Source: Octopus sinensis (taxonomy: Eukaryota). From it: 64,000 nt of DNA. The position numbers were made by a program, and so were the translations under genes. Shown here piece after piece: positions 1-12,663 of this stretch. The stretch spans positions 70,184,001-70,248,000 of the forward strand of contig NC_042997.1 of NCBI RefSeq assembly GCF_006345805.1, in the 5' to 3' direction. The stretch's first letter is position 1. Each line of letters starts with the position of its first letter. The notes under the pieces were generated by a model. The model was given only the letters and a program-made list of their open reading frames with translations. It searched no databases and was not told the origin of the DNA.

Positions 1-1005
1 GCCTGTCATAGTGACGATTGGTTTCGCATCATAAATCGCTTAGGCTTTTAAACGACTTGTCAAACTCCAAGGGCTGCGGACATGTAACCTGCTTTGAAAC
101 TGGATATAAGAAACTGTTACGGTCAGTTAATTTGTAAACATATATTATCTGAGCCTTAAACAGGACGGGTTATCGCTCTCAGATCCTTTCGGTCAGCAAA
201 TTTTTATGGTCCTACTCGATAAATGGGGTATCTCTGCCCTTAGGGTTGGTTCCAGTCCGCAATATTTTGTATTGCCATCATCTGCCTGCAGCAGAAAGGC
301 CCTTGAGAACAATCTATTGACCGGGGGAACCTTCTCAACTCCAGAAACGAGATGTCTCATTTTAAACGCTACCTGCATTAGATATGGCGGTACTCATGAT
401 TGCACTCGATGATTTTAATGTAAACGTTGCTCATTAGAATTTTGTCCAATACATTACGAAATTTGAGAAATATGTTCTCGTTTCATCGACTTATATACAT
501 CTTTCAATATGAAGTTTCTCTTTTACCGATGACTTCTTTACACACAACAGACATTTTTTACTCATCATTTCAATTTCTCGATTTGCGTTTGAGGTCTTTA
601 CTAGAATCAGTGCAACAGACACGAAAACTTTCTTTTCTTTTCTTTTGGTGAATGTACTTTTATCGTCACCAATATTTTTCTCCATTTCTTCTCCACATTT
701 AATGACAATTTCGTACAGCCTGTCGGCTGAGAATATACGTATGTTTATGTAAGTTTGAATGCGTGTACATATGCATATATATATATATATATATAATATA
801 TATAAAATTAGAAAAAAATACCTTTTATCAATTCAAAATGAACAATTGAATTACACCATCCAGAAAATTACATATAATAGAAATATTAACATTAAAATAA
901 CAATAAAATGTCAAAGATTAAGTAAATTGCAAAAAAATAATAATATCAATATCTTATATAAATTGTAGAATAACGACACGTGTTTCGTGGCTATATTTAA
1001 GAAGG

Positions 1006-1440
1006 GGTTATAGTGGTAGTGAAATCACTTCGATATATATATAGTCAGTCACTCATAGGGTTAAAAATAAACTAGAATAATAAAATAATTAATTAATAAA
1101 TATACTTTATTTCTATTAAATCTATAGATACTACACATGTATATTGATTATATGGTTAGCTTATTTAAGGAGTTTGTCTACATTTGAACCATTTCTTATT
1201 TTGATTACAATTTAATGACTTGTATTAGCTTCGTGTATTTTATTTAATTTGAAGGTATTTAATAATTTAAGTATTCTTTTAGTCTTCAATTATGTATATT
1301 TAGTATTTTCATATATATATTATATATATATATATATATTAAAGTATATTTATTAATTAATTATTTATTATTCTAGTTTATTTTTAAAAACCCGATGAGT
1401 GACTATATTTTATCGAAGTGATTTCTCTACTACTATAACC
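1006..1440. repeat. ~100-bp inverted repeat (1,006-1,109 / 1,340-1,440), probably a decayed Penelope-like terminal structure
   Basis: ggttatagtggtagtgaaatcacttcga...aataaatatacttta is the approximate reverse complement of taaagtatatttattaatt...tcgaagtgatttctctactactataacc. It is flanked by (TA)n, and the minus strand nearby carries cgaaacacgtgtc, the 3' half of a hammerhead motif. Confidence 0.6.
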
Positions 1441-1554
1441 ATGTATGTATATATATATATACATACATACATACATATATATATATATATTATATATATA
1501 TATATATTATATATATAAAATTTATATATATATATATATTGTATATATATATAC

Positions 1555-1585
<31 letters not shown>

Positions 1586-1682
1586 AATATACTATTCTAT
1601 ACATACATACATATATATATTATATATATATAATCTATATATAATCTATATATATATATAAATATAATTTATTATATAAAGG

Positions 1683-1733
1683 AGCTTCTACAGGACTAGA
1701 ACTGTTTCATTCAAGAGAAATCTTCAGGAAGCT
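1683..1733 (-). ncRNA. Type I hammerhead ribozyme motif (PLE-associated)
   Basis: The minus strand reads AGCTTC-CTGAAGA-TTTCTCTTGAAT-GAAA-CAG-TTCTAGTC-CTG-TA-GAAGCT: 6-bp stem I, CUGANGA core, short stem II, GAAA, stem III and a GUA cleavage triplet. Confidence 0.7.
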
Positions 1734-2561
1734 AGTTAACAAGAATTGTATTGGCATTTATACATTTAGGCAGGTTTAAAGGGGTATTGGTGGGGGACTT
1801 TTTGGGGGTAGGCATAGCGCAAAATATCATATGGGGGAGTGGTCAGGAGTCAGTGTTAAATAGATAGAAGAATAAATAAAAATAAAACTAAATAAAAAAA
1901 TAAATAAAAAAATAAAAAAAATATATATATAAAAAAGGGGAATAGAGTTTTAGGTAAATAAGGAGATTCTCACTTATACCTATGCATATATGTATACATA
2001 TATACACACGCACACAAACATATATACATATACATACAGACATACATACACACACATATATATATATACATATATATACACTTACACATACATATACATA
2101 TCTACCATACACATATATGTATACATACACACACTCACATGCATACACGTATACCACATGTATATAACACACACGACCAAACATAATATACACACAGAAA
2201 AATATATACACATACACACACACATACTCACATACACGCATACACACACAAATCCCAACACACCACATGCACACACAGCACACTAGTCCTATATACACAT
2301 ATATACACATACACACATATATACACACACATACATATACATACACATATGTATGTGTGTGATATATGTTTTTTTATATATATATTTTTTTATTTTTTTA
2401 TTTTTTTATTTTTTATTTATTCTTTATCTAATTTACACCTGACTCCTTGACCACTCCCCCAAGTATGATATTTTGCGCTATGCCTACCCCCAAAAAGTCC
2501 CCCCCCAATACCCCTTTAAACCTGCCTAAATGTATAAATGCCAATACAATTCTTGTTAACT

Positions 2562-2612
2562 AGCTTCCTGAAGATTTCTCTTGAATGAAACAGTTCTAGT
2601 CCTGTAGAAGCT
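2562..2612 (+). ncRNA. Type I hammerhead ribozyme motif (PLE-associated)
   Basis: agcttc ctgaaga tttctcttgaat gaaa cag ttctagtc ctg ta gaagct has the same architecture. It has a U-U mismatch at the base of stem II. Confidence 0.7.
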
Positions 2613-2725
2613 CTTCTATATAATAAATTAATTTTACTCTGCTATGTATTGAGTACCTTATTTACTGTGGTTAACCCCGAATCAACCCGGGACCTACATA
2701 TATATAAATATATATATATATATAA

Positions 2726-2760
<35 letters not shown>

Positions 2761-2761
2761 A

Positions 2762-2794
<33 letters not shown>

Positions 2795-2795
2795 G

Positions 2796-2856
<61 letters not shown>

Positions 2857-2893
2857 ATACATACATATATATATATGTATATATATATAATAT

Positions 2894-2924
<31 letters not shown>

Positions 2925-3036
2925 CATATTATATATATGTATGTATATATATATATACATACACATGATATGAGAATCTGAGTGTGTGTACATATGCATA
3001 TCTATCTATCTAACGATCTATCAATCTATCTATCTT

Positions 3037-3071
<35 letters not shown>

Positions 3072-3073
3072 CT

Positions 3074-3107
<34 letters not shown>

Positions 3108-3369
3108 AGATACGTTACTAAGTTCAGGCTGTAAATACACTTCATTATTTGCATCAACAAGTTATATTTTCCCCGTGATTTTGGCAATAAAGTGATAAAG
3201 TGGGTGGCGTTTATTTTCCTAAAACCTTAACATTTCCACTTCAATTTTATTCACTATAAACTTTATCTTCAATATCTTTCTTTTCTCCTAGATTTCTCCT
3301 AGAAAAATTGAGAAAGGGAGAGAGAAAAAGAAACAGATGTATAACTTTGTTTTCGGTGTCATACAAGTT

Positions 3370-3600
3370 TTGCTGTCTCTGGGTTTTTAAAGAGTGTAAC
3401 GAATTGTGCGGTGTACAAAAGTTTTAGGCAATACGTTAGTCTATGGAGGAAGGAAGAAAGTAACAGTACTTCAAACAGTAGGAGTTAGAATCATATCACA
3501 AGTCATTACACTTATAATAAGCATTAAACTTTCTACTAGTATTTGATGCTGTAGTTAGTGTTCATTAATTTTTCTGTATAAAAGATACGCTTTTCTAATT
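3370..3600 (-). mobile_element. Possible highly decayed PLE GIY-YIG C-terminal fragment
   Basis: The minus-strand translation gives fragments like NYSIKY..KFNAYYKCNDL with many stops, loosely like the end of PLE endonucleases. Confidence 0.2.
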
Positions 3601-4924
3601 TATGCATGTTTCTGTGTGCGTATATAGGTATTTACATGGTCCTAGTCAGTGGTGTCTCGTAGATAAAATTAGTGGGGGTGCTGTTTCAGAAAATTTTTAG
3701 CCGTTGTCTTAATATTATGTAAAAGGAAAAAACTATATACAAAGAATATTTATACATAAACTTGATGGATGCGTGTTGTAGCCACTGCCGGGTAGTGTTT
3801 AATTTGTTCACTGAACACCGCCGTGAATTCCCCCTGGTTTTTCAAAAATCCCCGCTATATGGAAAATAAGGGATGGGTGGAATCTATTCTATTTTTCAAA
3901 TCCTGGCAGCAACACTGAAGCTGGAAGCAAGATAATAATGGAATTCTACACTTTATCACATTCAAGAATATAAATACATTTTTAAGCACAACACACGCGG
4001 AGTCATAAAGGAACATTATCTTTCACTGGCACTGCGTGAACGACTGTGCTCTCTCTCCCTAGCGTGAAGCTTCCTATTTCGGACATGTGAGCATTTCGCA
4101 CAACAGCCGAACTGTGAAGCGTACAGTTCTATACAAGGATTTTTGTATTTTTTTTTTCATAAACTAGAGGATGGCTACCGACAAGGATTATATAATGTAC
4201 AAGTATAAAGAAAGAATTAAAGACAAAAGGACTCATTGAATGTTGTCGTTAATATCGAATGGAAATAAAGGTGCTGCAGTTCCACAGTACCTATACACGA
4301 ACTGCCACTGGTCCTAGTTGATCATATGTAAACTCAAGTTTACATATGATCCTTAATTCCTGACCATACTCCCTTGTAGAACTACGAATACTTAGATCAA
4401 TGTTTTTGTATATTGTGAAGACGAAAGGTTGTTTTTAGATCCTATCTGACAGCTATTTCTCTCAGGTCGAATGACCACGTAGAGGATTCTAATTGTCAAT
4501 ATTTTCCATACTTTCTATTTGCCAGAATCTATGGTTATAAATTTTAATTATATTTATCTTTCATCTCTTCCATTTCATGACTCATTGGAATATGTTTGTT
4601 TTCATCACCAAAATATTATTACTATATGAATTTATTTGTGAATTGAGCCTAGTACACACGTAAAATAATTTATTGTCCCGAAGCGAAAAGAGTGAGTCCT
4701 TGTTCACCATAACAGACTAGTTTCAAGAATTTTCTTCGTAATTTATTGCTTCATTTCAAATCAAAACCTAACGAACATATCCTTATGTTGTAACCAATGT
4801 TAATCGTCGATCTCTCCCCTATAGTTACACGCTCTCCGCAGAATTTTAGCAATAATTATTTGTAATTAAGTCATAATGCCTCACAACCTCAGAGAGGAAG
4901 TACTGTCAATTAAATTAAAGTCAG

Positions 4925-5035
4925 TACCCATCTGGTACTTATGGAAAGCGGAAGCTAGAATCGACCTCAGCTTGATTTGCAAATAAAAATATGCAAGGCA
5001 TTTTGGTCGGCTTTTCTATCGATTCTGCCATCAAC
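4925..5035 (-). mobile_element. Degenerate SINE family A fragment (octopus-type tRNA-derived SINE)
   Basis: ctggtactta...tcgacctc...gcattttggtcgg...cgattctgcca matches the better copies at 20,940-21,143 and 61,000-61,170. Confidence 0.45.
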
Positions 5036-5544
5036 CGACCTAGAAATAAAACATCAAAACTATAAAAGAACATTGCATTCGTTAATAATGTGGCAAATGA
5101 ATCGAATGATTTAACTTAATGTTTTGTATATTTCTTCTTTTTCAAAGATAGTTTATAAAATCTTTCCGCTAGCTACTTGACTTCTTCGTTCATATGAATT
5201 TATGATAAATTGCGTATGTACGTACGTACGTACGTACGTATGTATGTATGCATGTATGTATGTATGTATGCATGTATGTATGTATGCATTGATGTATGTA
5301 TTATGTATGGTTGAACGTATAAATATACGTATGTTTCTTTGGGTGTAGGTATGTATTTATGTATGCAAGCATGAATGTATACATACACACACACACTCAT
5401 ATATATCAGTACGGCTAAATGTATTCATATACAAGCAAGTTTACACTCACACACGTACACACACGCACACATACACACATATCACAGTGTATATGTTTGT
5501 GTATACATAGATATATAAATATATATTTTTAAGACACATTCATA

Positions 5545-5598
<54 letters not shown>

Positions 5599-5997
5599 CA
5601 CGCGCTCACACAATGACACACACACACACACACACAAACATGCAGGCATAGGCTGTGTGTCTGTATATGTATATGCATCTAGATATATAGTTGGTATTAA
5701 ATATGTATAGGGAGAAAGAACTCAATAAAAGTGGACGAAAATTCTACGATTACAAGATTTTTTGATTGACCTGTCGACAAGTTCTTATTTTTCATGACTA
5801 AAAGAATTTAAGTCATCACTTTAAGTGATCTACTGATCTTTGCCAGGTAACTTCTAATGGGGACCGCCTTCTCAATAAATATGAAGTATGATTTGTTCAA
5901 GTGAAGTTAACTGTAATAAGGAAAGTAAGGAAATAGCAGATAATGATTTGAGAAAATAAAGATGTATTTTGGCGTTGCAACAGGAATATATATATAT

Positions 5998-6055
<58 letters not shown>

Positions 6056-6061
6056 GTAGTG

Positions 6062-6463
6062 GATAGCGGTTTTCTTCACTACATCAGGGAATGGCAATCC
6101 TACCTGACACGAGTCCCGGGCTCAGCTGGCTCCGGCTGACAGTGCCCGGTATGGGGCCCTATCCAGGGTTACGGAAAGGAGACAACCTTCAAAGAAATCC
6201 GGAGTGGAGCTCCGTAGGCGGTTTAGTGTTCGACTCGACACTCTTCTGGCAGCTCCTACAACCAAGCTGGTGCCAAACGTAATGCTCTGCACTCCTTTGG
6301 ACTACGTCGGCAAAGTCGAGAGAGGAACCCTGACGATTGGGCTACCCATGATTTTCTTACATCTAGCCCAGACTTGTGCAGAACTGGAGATGATATGAAA
6401 CGGGAAAATCAGACTGGATTAGTTTATGCACAACTCCATTGTCTCCCGAGACAAAAGGATGGC

Positions 6464-6480
<17 letters not shown>
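6062..6480 (+). mobile_element. Unclassified GC-rich element ending in a (CAA)n tail (probable non-LTR-derived)
   Basis: A ~420-bp GC-rich island between (TA)n and (CAA)n/(TCTA)n, with no credible ORF. Confidence 0.3.
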
Positions 6481-6498
<18 letters not shown>

Positions 6499-6517
6499 AT
6501 ACATCTATATCTATATC

Positions 6518-6590
<73 letters not shown>

Positions 6591-6625
6591 GTCTGTCTGT
6601 CTGTCTGTCTATATATCTATCTATC

Positions 6626-6686
<61 letters not shown>

Positions 6687-6703
6687 CTCTATCTATCTAA
6701 CTA

Positions 6704-6775
<72 letters not shown>
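6468..6775. repeat. Compound microsatellite (CAA)n-(TCTA)n-(TCTG)n-(TC)n-(TA)n
   Basis: Directly visible. It generates the spurious poly-T, poly-N and poly-Q ORFs and the IYLS-repeat ORFs. Confidence 0.95.
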
Positions 6776-6782
<7 letters not shown>

Positions 6783-7139
6783 CACACGTATATACGAGTA
6801 AGATCTAGTTTACTCACCCCAACCACGTGCATTTACGACCAAAATAATGCGGCATATAAACTGATCGAAGTAAATAATATATATTTATACATAATTAAAG
6901 ATAAAATCATCATAAAGATTTCATCCAGTGGCGAGTATGTAATAAAAAACCATATAGGTAACAATACTAATTTATAATTATATAGACATAACTATAGTAA
7001 AATGGAGTAAAGCAAAATGGAGTAAGGCAGAAAGACCTTGATGCACCCACTCATTTTGCAATATACTTTGTTGTTGTGATGTCACACGCTTTTCAAAACT
7101 CCGAGGAGGGTATTCACATAAAATATCGAACAGCAAGGA

Positions 7140-8330
7140 ATGTTTTTAATCTGACCGGACTGAAATTCAAAACAAAGATTTTTAAGTCACTCATTAAGGA
7201 ACTCATACGCTGACGATTGCCATGTAGTCAGTCACTCTGAAATGTGTTTGCAATCTCTTGCATCTGCATTTGACACATCTTGTGATGATTTTGGCTTGAT
7301 CATCAACTTGAGAAAAACAGTTGCAATGTTTCAGCCTGCACGTGGTGCAACCCCCTAAAAGGGTAAGTTACTTGAGGTTGTTGACTCTTTTATTTACTTT
7401 GGAAGCTCTGTACAAAATGACCGAAATCTGAACACAGAAATACATCTACGAATTCAAAGGGCAGTCGAAGCATTTACGGGTTTGGAGTCATGCATTTGGC
7501 ACAAACGTCATATAAATAACAACACAAAATTGGGTCTTTGCAAATCTTTTGCCTTACCATCCCCCTTGTATTCGACACATTTTAGACATTAAATGCTATT
7601 TTTTACTCCAGACATTGATGCCTTTGAGTCTGCAGGCACCATTTCAATTAAATCGATGATTCTGAAAAATCAAATGAGATGGTCTGATCATATTGTTCGA
7701 ATTGCGGATGAACTCAAACTCAAGCAGCAGAGCTAGCAGAGGGGAAACGTAATCGGTGTAAACCTAAAAAGAGGTTTAAGGACGGTATAAGGACTACCAT
7801 GAAGTCACTTGGAATGGATCCCAAAACCTTAGAAACCTCTGTTTCGGATCGAGATGGATGGCGAACAAAAGTGTGGAGTGGTTTGAAGGCGTTCGAGGAG
7901 CCCAGGATAACACATGCAAGACTCAAGAGAGATTTTAAAGAAGAAACTTGTGATCGAGAAGGTGAATCTCATTGAGCTGTTTGTGTGCACAGTTTGTGCC
8001 AGACCATGCCTTACATTTGCTGGGCTCGAATCTCATTTGAGGACCCATGAAAAACGAACCTCCACCAGCTATTCTGCCTATATATCTGTGCACTTCTTTC
8101 GATGCCATATATGCCACAAGGTCTGCAATTATAACGGAGTTCTCAAAAAACATTTTAAGATACACAAAATCAGAACTTAGCTGCAGCTCTTGGTGGTCCA
8201 AGATATGCAATCTATGTGAATGTCTTTTGAGTACAGTGTCTGGTTTAAAAAGACACATCAGACGCCATGATGAATCTAAAGTGTAGGTAGAAAAGGTGGT
8301 CAGACTTTGCATAAGAAGTAGACAATCTCC
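7140..8330 (+). mobile_element. 5'-truncated, decayed RTE(BovB-like) LINE: RT C-terminus plus three C2H2 zinc fingers
   Basis: Frames give ELI(Y)ADDC..., FGLIINLRKTVAMFQPA, RWSDHIVRI, and the fingers CTVC-x12-HLRTH, CHIC-x12-HFKIH and CNLC-x12-HIRRH. It has frameshifts and stops and is followed by (TATG)n. Confidence 0.85.
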
Positions 8331-8333
8331 ATG

Positions 8334-8367
<34 letters not shown>

Positions 8368-10389
8368 TGTATGCATGTATGTATGTATGTATGTATGTAT
8401 GTATGTATGTATGTATGTATGTATGCATGCAAGATTGTATGTATATGTATATATACACTTATATGTATATATGTACATGTATGTATATATGTATGTGTAT
8501 GTATATATGTATATATATATACATATATATATATACATACACACACACAGACATATGTATGTATATATATATATATATATCATTGTTAACCTTCCTTCCA
8601 CTAAGAAGCTACTAAGTTATCAGGAAGAAAGACTTGTTACAGATTTTGCTTGTTTCTTTTATATGGGGTCAGTTTTAATGTATAGACTAGTTTTATCAAA
8701 TCCTTGTGTATCTACGGCCGGTCTGTTAGGAAGGACAACAATGTTCTTTGTCTATCTCCTTAAGTTCTTGGAAGTTTTAGGCAAAATTATAGTAAAGTGT
8801 CCATCTGTTTTAATTTAATTAAATTCTATGTCTTTGTGCAGCTGATGAATGCTCTATATTTAAATTGATATAATGGTTTTATTGTTCAATTAAATAGAGT
8901 TGCGTGAAATGATCGTACTGCAATACCTCTGGATATCTTTGTTGTTCATTTTGATTCTAATCACCTTATTTTGAAATTGCATGGATAATACCGTACTAAA
9001 TGCTGGTGCCTCAAATTAAGTACCATATTCATCTGAATCTATATCTATATCTATATGTATGTATGTATGTATATGTATGTATATTATGTATGTATATGTG
9101 TGTGTGTTTGCGCGTGCCTACGTGCTAGCATGTGTGTGTATCTTTTCGCCAATGCTTGTCCATACTACTGTTTCACAACCGGTGTTTGTTTACACCCTAT
9201 AAGCCAGCTGTTCGGAAAAGCGACCACTAGACTGAGTATTAAACTGAAGCCAACTTTTTGTCTTTCAGCCTTGGAATCAAAATATTGTACCAGTTAAATA
9301 TTGGGGTCTATATAATCAACTCTATGTCTCATTGAAATTATGTCTTTCTACTGTATTCTTCCTTTCGTTCGTACTTTGTCTTTCATTTCGTTCCGTTTAT
9401 AATTTCTTTCATTTACTTCTTGGATGTGCCTTTTTATCTAAACTAAGAATTCCCTTCACGCTCTTTTCCTTTCTTTGCAGTGCTCGTCTTCATTCTTCGT
9501 TTCTTTCCTCTTCCTCCGACAATCTTTATTCTCTCTTTCTATTTATTTAGAGAGGTATTTTTCTCTTTATCTTCTTCTGTCAATATATAAACTGGGTGGG
9601 GGTATTCCCCTACTTTCACACATCCTTTTATTTTCCGTTTTATTTCTTTTTCTATATTTAAGACCTTTGCTCCCGACACAATGTTTGTATTTGTCCGTGT
9701 GTAAATATGCAAGCGGGCACGGGATCTATGGATATGTGAGACAGAGTGTGTTAGTCTGTGTTTTTATGTGTAATCACAAGAAGAAAATTACACTTCTCTG
9801 ACCGTCAGGGTTGGATTGGTCGGCTCACATATTTTTATTATTTCAGTCTTCACCACACAGCCGTAACGTACTCTTCCTTCGGTTGCAATCTGCAAGAATG
9901 AAGTGTAAACCGTCAAAAGCTACACAGAAATTCAAACTCGCTTCTTTAAATAGACTGACTGTAGATTATGTCTCATACATGGAAACACTCATAGGTGGAA
10001 ACTACACAAACAAAAAAAGATATACACACGTGTTTACACATACACATACTCACATACACTTACGCATTGATAAGAAATACGGTAAAATATCGACACAATC
10101 GTTAAAATTTTCACCGAATAGCATATATGTGGCTGTGCTTACAAATAGACACGCATACAAACATATATAAACATCCATCCCTGTACATACACACACATAT
10201 AGACACAGATACCTCGATAAATAGATGCATCTATATAGCTGTCCCTCACGTTCTCTCAGACACTCTCTCTTTCTATCTATCTATATATACATATATATAT
10301 ATATACATACATATATACATATATACATATATGCATATATACATGTATACACACACACACACACACATATATATATAGGGAGAGAGAGA

Positions 10390-11170
10390 AGGGTCCCTGG
10401 GTAAATTGTCGGTGTTTTATATTTTTAATTGCGCATTTTTTATTATTATGTTGATTAAACAGTATAGTAGGGTCAGTTGGGCATCGTGAGAAAAACAGCA
10501 CCATGACGTAATTCACTCTGCAGAAATTTAGAAACATGCTGTACTGCTGTGCATTGGCACCGGAAGCTCCAATACGAACATTTCAGGGTGTTTGTGTGTC
10601 AATCTGAAGACATGTACCGAGAGTGATAAAAATCAAACATCCAGTCATCATCATGGGGTTTAGAGTGATCACTAGTGATGGTGACCTTATAACTCCATTC
10701 ATCTTCACACACGGCCTTTGAATCAACATGGAAGCCTACATCAAGTGCCTGGAGGAGGTAGTGCTACCCTAAGTCAAGAGGGTGGCTGCTGGAAGACCCT
10801 ATGTCTGGCAACAGGACTCTGCACCATACCATACTAGCAGGGTAACCCAGTCATGGCTGTCAGACATTTTCTGCGACCATATCACCCCTAAAATATGGCC
10901 ACCTAACTCTCCAGTCTTCAACCCCCTTGATTATTATGTGTAGGGATGGACTGAAGGTAAGGATTATGGCAACATTCACCAACTGAAGCAAGGGGACTGT
11001 CCAGAAGACTTGCAGGAGATCCGAAGTCGTCTGGAGGCCGTGGTTGAAGCCAATTGCAATTTTATTAAATACATTTTTCTCTGAAGTATTTCAAGATATT
11101 TTTATGTAATTTTGGTAAATATATCACTTAAAATGAGCTGTCAGTATTATTTTCATTTTTGCGATAGTCT
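10390..11170 (+). mobile_element. Internally deleted Tc1/mariner maT (DD37D) transposon remnant
   Basis: Translation ...GRPYVWQQDSAPYHTSRVTQSWLSDIFCDHITPKIWPPNSPVFNPLDYYV has 37 residues between QQD and PLD, with stops present. Confidence 0.85.
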
Positions 11171-11177
11171 ATTCAGA

Positions 11178-11274
<97 letters not shown>

Positions 11275-11600
11275 AACAAACTTACTTAGAAATGGATGCG
11301 TGCGTTCCGTCATATAATAAATTAATATATAAAACATATGCATATATACATACATATATGTACGTATCTACCTCTACATGTATATATACATACATATATG
11401 TATGTATATATGCATATGTTTTATTTACTAATTTATATATATATATATATATAGATAGATAGATATACACTTACATACCTATATATACATATACACACAC
11501 ACAAATACATACATACACACATATATATATATATATATACACTACACAAATACATACATATATGCATACATGCATACATACATACATGCATACATACATA

Positions 11601-11697
<97 letters not shown>

Positions 11698-11787
11698 AGA
11701 GACAAAAATATTATTAAAAATAACAATATTATTATCCAGCAACAATAAAGCTTCATAAAAGGTAGATTTATAAATGCAATGTGAATG

Positions 11788-11941
11788 TACACGAAGTATG
11801 ACCATTCCTAGAAATAGCAGCCGGTAAGTTATCGGTACTATGTAGAGCTTCCCTGAATGTTCACAGGCAAATTAGTTTGCGGGCGGGGAAGCACCGATAA
11901 CTTACCGGCTGCTATTTCTAGCAATGATCGTACTTCGTGTA
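11788..11941. mobile_element. ~150-bp MITE with 49-bp terminal inverted repeats and TA ends
   Basis: tacacgaagtatgaccattcctagaaatagcagccggtaagttatcggt versus accgataacttaccggctgctatttctagcaatgatcgtacttcgtgta shows 3 mismatches, with TA at both ends as in Tc1/mariner-type target duplications. Confidence 0.7.
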
Positions 11942-12433
11942 TTTTCACTTTGTGTGTATGTGTGAGGGAGAGAGAGAAAATGTTAAGGTGTATTTCATCC
12001 TTTACTTTGGGATTTTTCATATTACATTGGTAGCTTACTATTGCAAGTATTTTTCGAATATGAAAATGATACAAGTATAAGGTATGTTAGGAGCATTTAT
12101 AGAACACGTATTCTATAGAGAGTCAACAAACAATTAAAGATGGGGAAGAGGTGTTAGAAGTTTAAAAAAAATTTAATCCATGCATACAATCGTTTCGAAC
12201 GGTATATTAAGATGTGAATAACATGGCAAAAAGTTAGAAATTAATCTAATTATAATTACAATTAAATTATTTCAGTGCAAACAAAAAAAAGAATACATCA
12301 GAAGAATATTATATTGTTACAGAAGACTAGATGGAGTGAGTATCATATAACATATTCTGATATGCATAAAATGGTTATGAAAGATAAAAACATGCTAAGA
12401 TAGTGTTGAGTCTAGTTGTGTATGAACTATAAC

Positions 12434-12478
<45 letters not shown>

Positions 12479-12602
12479 CATATATTGGCCTGCTCGCTTA
12501 GCCAGCGGGATGGCATCAACTAAAAGCTAAAACAATGCGAAGCACATTGTGACCAGCGATGTGTAGCAACATCTCATAGCCTGGTCGGTCGCGGTGATCA
12601 CG

Positions 12603-12663
<61 letters not shown>

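Larger units (their letters stand above)
1666..2698. mobile_element. Small head-to-head (foldback) insertion of a Penelope-like element 3' end, same family as 32,072-39,729
   Basis: 1,666-~1,930 is the reverse complement of ~2,370-2,630. Both match the arm ends of the large foldback almost base for base (ggcatagcgcaaaat, cctttaaacctgcctaaatg). The right arm ends ...cccgggacctaca followed by (TA)n. Confidence 0.85.

Noticed and set aside
193-651. Short ORFs at the window start
   Set aside because: No recognisable motif, and lengths are compatible with chance.
1388-1425. ccgatgag…cgaag as a hammerhead
   Set aside because: Both core boxes are mismatched, and there is no stem III or NUH triplet.
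7914-8286. Host C2H2 zinc-finger gene
   Set aside because: The fingers are contiguous with RTE reverse-transcriptase sequence and frameshifted, so they are part of the LINE (the same applies at 59.5-59.8 kb).
8590-9030. Possible PLE RT remnant on the minus strand
   Set aside because: Only one weak motif (HQLHKDIEF) is visible, which is insufficient.
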